A DNA stretch of 64,000 nt, taken from the NCBI RefSeq assembly GCF_009914755.1, contig NC_060932.1; one strand, written 5' to 3'. Origin of the DNA: the human T2T-CHM13v2.0 reference genome, Homo sapiens. The notes beneath the pieces were generated by a model. It searched no databases and was not told where the DNA came from. It was given only the letters and a program-made list of their open reading frames with translations. Numbering within the stretch: position 1 is the stretch's first letter; each line of letters begins with the position of its first letter. Shown piece by piece: positions 58,926 through 64,000 of this stretch. The position numbers and the translations under genes were made by a program.

Positions 58926-60077
58926 GCAGCCTGGAAAGCGGAGGTCCCTCTCTGCCCCTTCCTCCGTCGTCCTGGATGCTGCATCGCTTCCAGCCGGGCT
59001 GCTGCAGCACCTGCCCATCTCAGCGCCAGCCTGGGAAAGAAAGTAGACGTGTAATTTCAGGTTGGTTTCGCTGAACAATTGTTTGTTTCACGCAATCCCT
59101 GGGGGGGTTTTGCGGGGGGTGTGGGGGAGGAAGAGACAAAGGAGGCCGAAAGAAACCGATCACACTGGGGCTTGCTGGTGGGGTAGGATGTGTTCTCGTT
59201 ACTAGTAATTCTTGGAACAGAAAACGAGAAAACATATCCGTCTCCACGTGTGGGAGAAGACCAAGATGGGAATGGGAAAAGAAATGTACTGCAGCATGCT
59301 GAATTGGTGGGTAAATGGAAACAGGACTTTGGAAAAAAGGGGGGTTTGCCCTTCAGCCGTGTAAGACGTCGATACGATACGGCACTTCTTCCCCGTTTGT
59401 TCAGATGAATTCGTGTGGTGTGCGTAAAATACCAGGAAAATAAATAAAGAGGGGCTGGAGCTAAAGCCAAAAGATAGAACAGGAAAGATCCTCACCTGCT
59501 AGTGCGGTAGAGAGGAAGGTAACTTCTCTGTATGAATTTGTGCTTGGAAGTTGCCTAATGAAATGGCAAGAGTAGCGATTCAAGTTGTCACAGGAAGCAT
59601 CCCTTATCTGTGACTTCAAGCAGACCTGCCAAAGGGTGGCACACGCCATGCCCTGTGTCTTCGATCATTCTGTCCGTCAAGGGAGATAGAATCACCGTGT
59701 CTTCTACCGGAGTGAATCGTGAGAGACCTAAGTCCAGTCTCCAGAATCAGTTGTTTGTTTGGGGTTGAAAGCTCAACCCCCCCATACCTAGGCCACGGGC
59801 CCTGTGGCAGGTGGGGTTTACTCTTGGACTAGGTAGTCATGGCAGAGGAACACACAATATCCGAGGATGCGCACAGCACATTGTGTTCTACAGATTTGAC
59901 CGACTGGTGGTGAGGTCTCCTCATGACCACACAGGCAGGGAGTTAGCAGGTGGCTTCCTGTGGGTGTGTGAATATCCAACGTGCTTAACCATCGACATGT
60001 GTGTGTTTGTGTGTGTTTCAGGTGGCCCAACAGTCCACCCCTGAAAAAGGCGGTCATAAAACCCCCAGGAGACGAAG

Positions 60078-63000
60078 ATGATGGCACGTCGGGACCCCAA
60101 ATCTTGGGCCAAGAGACTGGTGAGAGCCCAGACCCTCCAGAAGCAGCGGAGGGCCCCAGTTGGGCCAAGGGCTCCCCCGCCCGATGAAGAAGATCCCAGG
60201 GTAAGTGTAGCCCTGGATCTCTTGGGTATCGGGGTGGGGGTGGGGACGGGGGGAGGGGGTGTCCCACGGTCCTCAGAGACTGGGTTGGATTCCAAAGAGT
60301 TCTGTCACCACCAGCCAGGTTGCTTTTCCCATCCAAGGTGGGCGTGGCTTGGGACCTTCTCCCCGGCCCGATAGGTCCCTTGAGAGACTCTTGGGGGCAA
60401 CCTCCCTTTCTACTTAGAGTCCTGTGTAGCCACGTTTGGCTGCGTTGTTGACATCGGCTTCACCATCGTGCCCCTTGGAACCTTGAGTCCTTCCTTTCAG
60501 AGTTCCTCCGTCACATGGGCTTTGCGAGGGAACATCGCATCCGAACTCTCCCAGCACTTAACGGCCCCCATGCCGGTGTCCCCTCTTTGGAATCCTTATT
60601 CAGCTCTGAATTCACAATCCGTCCCAATGTTGACGTGGGATCGCTGCCTGTGGCTTCAGCTCACTCACTGACATCACTTCCTTTCCACCCGCAGCTCAAG
60701 TGCAAAAACTGCGGGGCCTTTGGCCACACGGCCAGAAGTACCAGGTGCCCCATGAAGTGCTGGAAGGCAGCCCTGGTTCCAGCGACCTTGGGGAAAAAGG
60801 AAGGGAAGGAAAACCTGAAACCATGGAAGCCCCGGGGTGAAGCCAACCCGGGGCCCTTGAACAAGGATAAGGGAGAGAAGGAAGAGAGACCAAGGTGAGC
60901 AGTGGGAGGGGTTTTCACCACTCTTAGGGTACGGCCTCCCAAGGACATGGTGTCTCTGCACCTGCACACCGTGTGCCTTTCCGTCTCCGGGCCAGGGAAG
61001 GAACGCTGCAGAGAAATAGGCCGGAGCTCCGTGTCCTCCGGGGTTCCACACCCAGGAGCTCCTTGGGCTCTGGGAGATTCAGGGACGGGGAGAGGCGGGG
61101 GCGCTTCGTGCAGGTTCCCCACGACAGCGGGAAAAGCGATGGAATCCAAATCACAGTCCTTAGTTGGGAAGCCTAGAGGGCCACCTGGAGGATGGGAAGG
61201 TTGGCACGTGAGGGAAGGTGCAGAGGCGGAAAGGGCACCAGATGTCCATTTCTGTATCACAAAACACGGAATGGGGCTGGGCCCCAGACGGGGTTCTCCC
61301 TGTCTCCTGGGGAAAACCAGGGGGCACGGCCTGACCTTCTTCTGTTCTGCAGGCAACAAGACCCGCAGAGGAAGGCTCTCCTCCACATGTTTTCCGGGAA
61401 ACCTCCAGAGAAGCCGCTGCCGAATGGAAAAGGATCCACGGAATCTTCTGATTATCTGAGGGCGAGTGTCACCCCGGGCCCCTGGTCTTTTTCTCCTCTA
61501 GGTCACCCTGGTTGATTTCCTTTCAGCTTCCCGTCTGCGGGAGGAAATCGGGGAACCCCTCTTTCTTGCCTTCTTGGGGTCAGGGACTCCACGATCCTTC
61601 CAGGTCAATTGGATTCCAGGCGAAGGCATCTGAACATGCCGTATTTCCTGTTGCTTTCTTTCTGTCCAATTATGGCAAGCCTGCCAACAACACGTTCCTA
61701 GCGGCATGAGGAAATTAGTCCCTCAGAGGCCCCAAACGTGGAGAAGGCGAAACCCAGGAACATGCATGTGTTCAGAGAAGACGTCCCGAGTACCCTTGAG
61801 CCAGCAACCTGCCTTGGGAAGGGCATTAGTCCGTTCCACTTCATGGAAGGCTGAGTGGAGGCGCTTTGATCCAGTTAATGCCCAAGACGCGATCTTTTGA
61901 ACAATGGTGTGCTTAGATCAGCTACACATAGCTCGAGAGCGTATCTTTCATGTGTCTTGTCCTGATCAGCACTCAGGTGGAGGGTCTGTCCCTACTTCCA
62001 AGGACCGCCTGTCGATACTGTACTAAGAATTTCATGGCGTGTGCACCTTGTCTTTGGATGTGCTTGATTTTCACGTTGGCTCCATGCTGAGGAACTTCTA
62101 ACCTGTGTTGTTTCCTCTCTTTCAGGTTGCAAGCGGGCCAATGCCGGTCCACACAACCAGTAAGAGGCCGCGCTTGGACCCTGTCCTCGCTGATCGCTCA
62201 GCTACCGCAATGTCTGGCAGGGGCTCCGTCTTGGCTTCACTGTCTCCCCTCAGAAAAGCCAGCCTGAGCTCCTCCTCAAGTCTTGGACCAAAGGAAAGAC
62301 AGACAGGGGCTGCGGCCGACATGCCTCAGCCTGCAGTCAGGCACCAGGGCCGCGAGCCTCTCCTCGTGGTGAAGCCGACACACAGCCGCCCCGAGGGTGG
62401 CTGCCGAGAAGTTCCCCAGGCTGCCTCCAAAACCCACGGCCTGCTCCAGGCCGCCAGACCCCAGGCACAAGACAAACGTCCTGCGGTGACCTCACAGCCC
62501 TGCCCGCCAGCCGCCACACACAGCTTGGGCCTAGGCTCCAATCTCAGCTTCGGGCCAGGAGCCAAGAGACCTGCCCAGGCTCCGATTCAGGCTTGCCTGA
62601 ACTTCCCCAAGAAACCGAGACTGGGTCCCTTCCAGATCCCCGAAAGCGCCATCCAGGGAGGTGAGCTGGGGGCCCCGGAGAATCTCCAACCTCCGCCAGC
62701 CGCAACCGAACTTGGACCAAGTACGTCGCCCCAGATGGGCAGGAGGACACCGGCCCAGGTGCCCAGCGTCGACCGGCAGCCTCCGCACAGCAGACCTTGC
62801 CTGCCTACTGCCCAGGCCTGCACCATGTCCCATCACTCAGCGGCCAGCCATGATGGGGCCCAGCCTCTCAGAGTGCTCTTCCGGAGACTGGAAAACGGAC
62901 GCTGGAGCTCCAGCCTCCTGGCGGCCCCCTCATTTCACTCTCCTGAGAAGCCGGGAGCCTTCCTCGCTCAGAGTCCTCATGTGTCAGAGAAGTCTGAGGC

Positions 63001-63088
63001 TCCCTGTGTTCGTGTCCCACCGAGCGTCCTCTATGAGGACCTTCAGGTTTCCTCCTCCTCAGAGGACAGCGATTCTGACCTGGAGTGA
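60078..63088 (+). CDS. FAM90A: FAM90A family protein copy 2, 464 aa; exons 60078-60200, 60695-60894, 61353-61461, 62126-63088
   Basis: translation identical to copy 1 in the ORF track; same splice sites. Confidence 0.93.
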
Positions 63089-63628
63089 GACTGCAGGTGG
63101 CAGGGGCTCCTTGGCCTCCGGCTCCCGTGACTTGGAGGGGACTGTGGGACTGAGGAGCGCAGAGCAGAGAGCACACTCTGTGCGGTGACTCCGAAGCTCC
63201 CCGGCTGTGGCGCTTCTGTGGATGTGGGAGCCCAGGCCAGGCAGGGAGCAGATGCAGGGACTCTGCCTCATTGAATTCTGGTGAGGGACGTTGTAGTTGG
63301 CGTGGTTCTCCGGAAACGCGCCAGGAAAAGCTTCCGTGCCAGAGATTCGTTGCCTCACAAACTGCGTGACGCGCAGGAGTCAGACTTCCGCTGGGACGTC
63401 AATAGGAAACTGGGGAATTACTGTGTATTTGCTCTCTAGATGACTGAATAAGGGAAAAGTTAGGGAACCCTGAGAGGTGCAGCCCTTCCGCTGTGCCCCG
63501 CCCTGAGAGCAGAGTTTCGGACGCTGGGAAGCGTGCTGTGCGAAGCGCTCTCGGGGTCTTTCCTCAGCCTCGAAAACTGGGCTCTGGAATGCCTTTGTAC
63601 ATATGTGTGTTTCATTGGTTTTGAAGTG

Positions 63629-63634
63629 AATAAA
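63629..63634 (+). terminator. Poly(A) signal AATAAA for FAM90A copy 2
   Basis: paralog of 55981. Confidence 0.65.
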
Positions 63635-63702
63635 ATTCTCAAAAAGATGACATATTGTCTTTTGACTCTCATTCCGTGTTTGTGTGTAACTGATTTTCCA
63701 AG

Positions 63703-64000
63703 TGAAGGGGTGGCCTGCCCCTCCACACCTGTGGGTGTTTCTAGTCGGGTGGGATGAGAGACGGAGAAAAGAAATAAGACACAGAGACAAAGTATAGGGA
63801 GACAACAGTGGGTCCAGGGGACCGGCACTCAGCACACCTAGGACCTGCACCGGCACCGGCCTCTGAGTTCCCGCAGTTTTTATTGATTGTGATTTTCATT
63901 ATTTCAGCACAAAGGAATGCAGTAGGGGAGCAGGGTGATAATAAGGGGAAGGTCAACAAAAACAACACAAAACAAACACGTGAGCAAAAGAATCCATATC
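63703..64000 (-). mobile_element. LTR5A of the next unit (cut by window end)
   Basis: matches 56055 onward. Confidence 0.93.

Larger units (their letters stand above)
49231..64000. repeat. FAM90A macrosatellite, period 7648 bp (~2 units in window)
   Basis: ORFs recur at +7648 (e.g. 52430/60078, 54457/62105). Confidence 0.98.

Overview
Human/great-ape genomic DNA from an OR7E-type segmental duplication, most likely 8p23.1 (REPD/REPP) at the edge of a FAM90A tandem cluster. The locus and all gene or repeat names are recognised from memory, not from a search. 1-41 kb: Alu/L1/MER-rich non-coding DNA. It contains an apparently Alu-Alu-mediated ~7 kb tandem duplication (13.2-26.7 kb), each copy carrying a CpG-island exon that I tentatively match to the distal first coding exon of RBFOX1, followed by a solo LTR12C, a truncated VPS51 retrocopy and a solo LTR5A. 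42-49 kb: an OR7E pseudogene whose 5' end is replaced by SATR-type satellite, an LTR-less HERV-E-like gag-pol fragment, more satellite, then a half LTR5A. 49-64 kb: two near-identical 7,648-bp units, each with an intact 4-exon, 464-aa FAM90A ORF (CCHC knuckle, one GC-AG intron), a TATA promoter with a perfect DUX4-type site, and an LTR5A. I see no wholly new biological system. The best leads are the DUX4/paired-homeodomain promoter module in every FAM90A unit, the RBFOX1-like exon copies, and several readable rearrangement scars.
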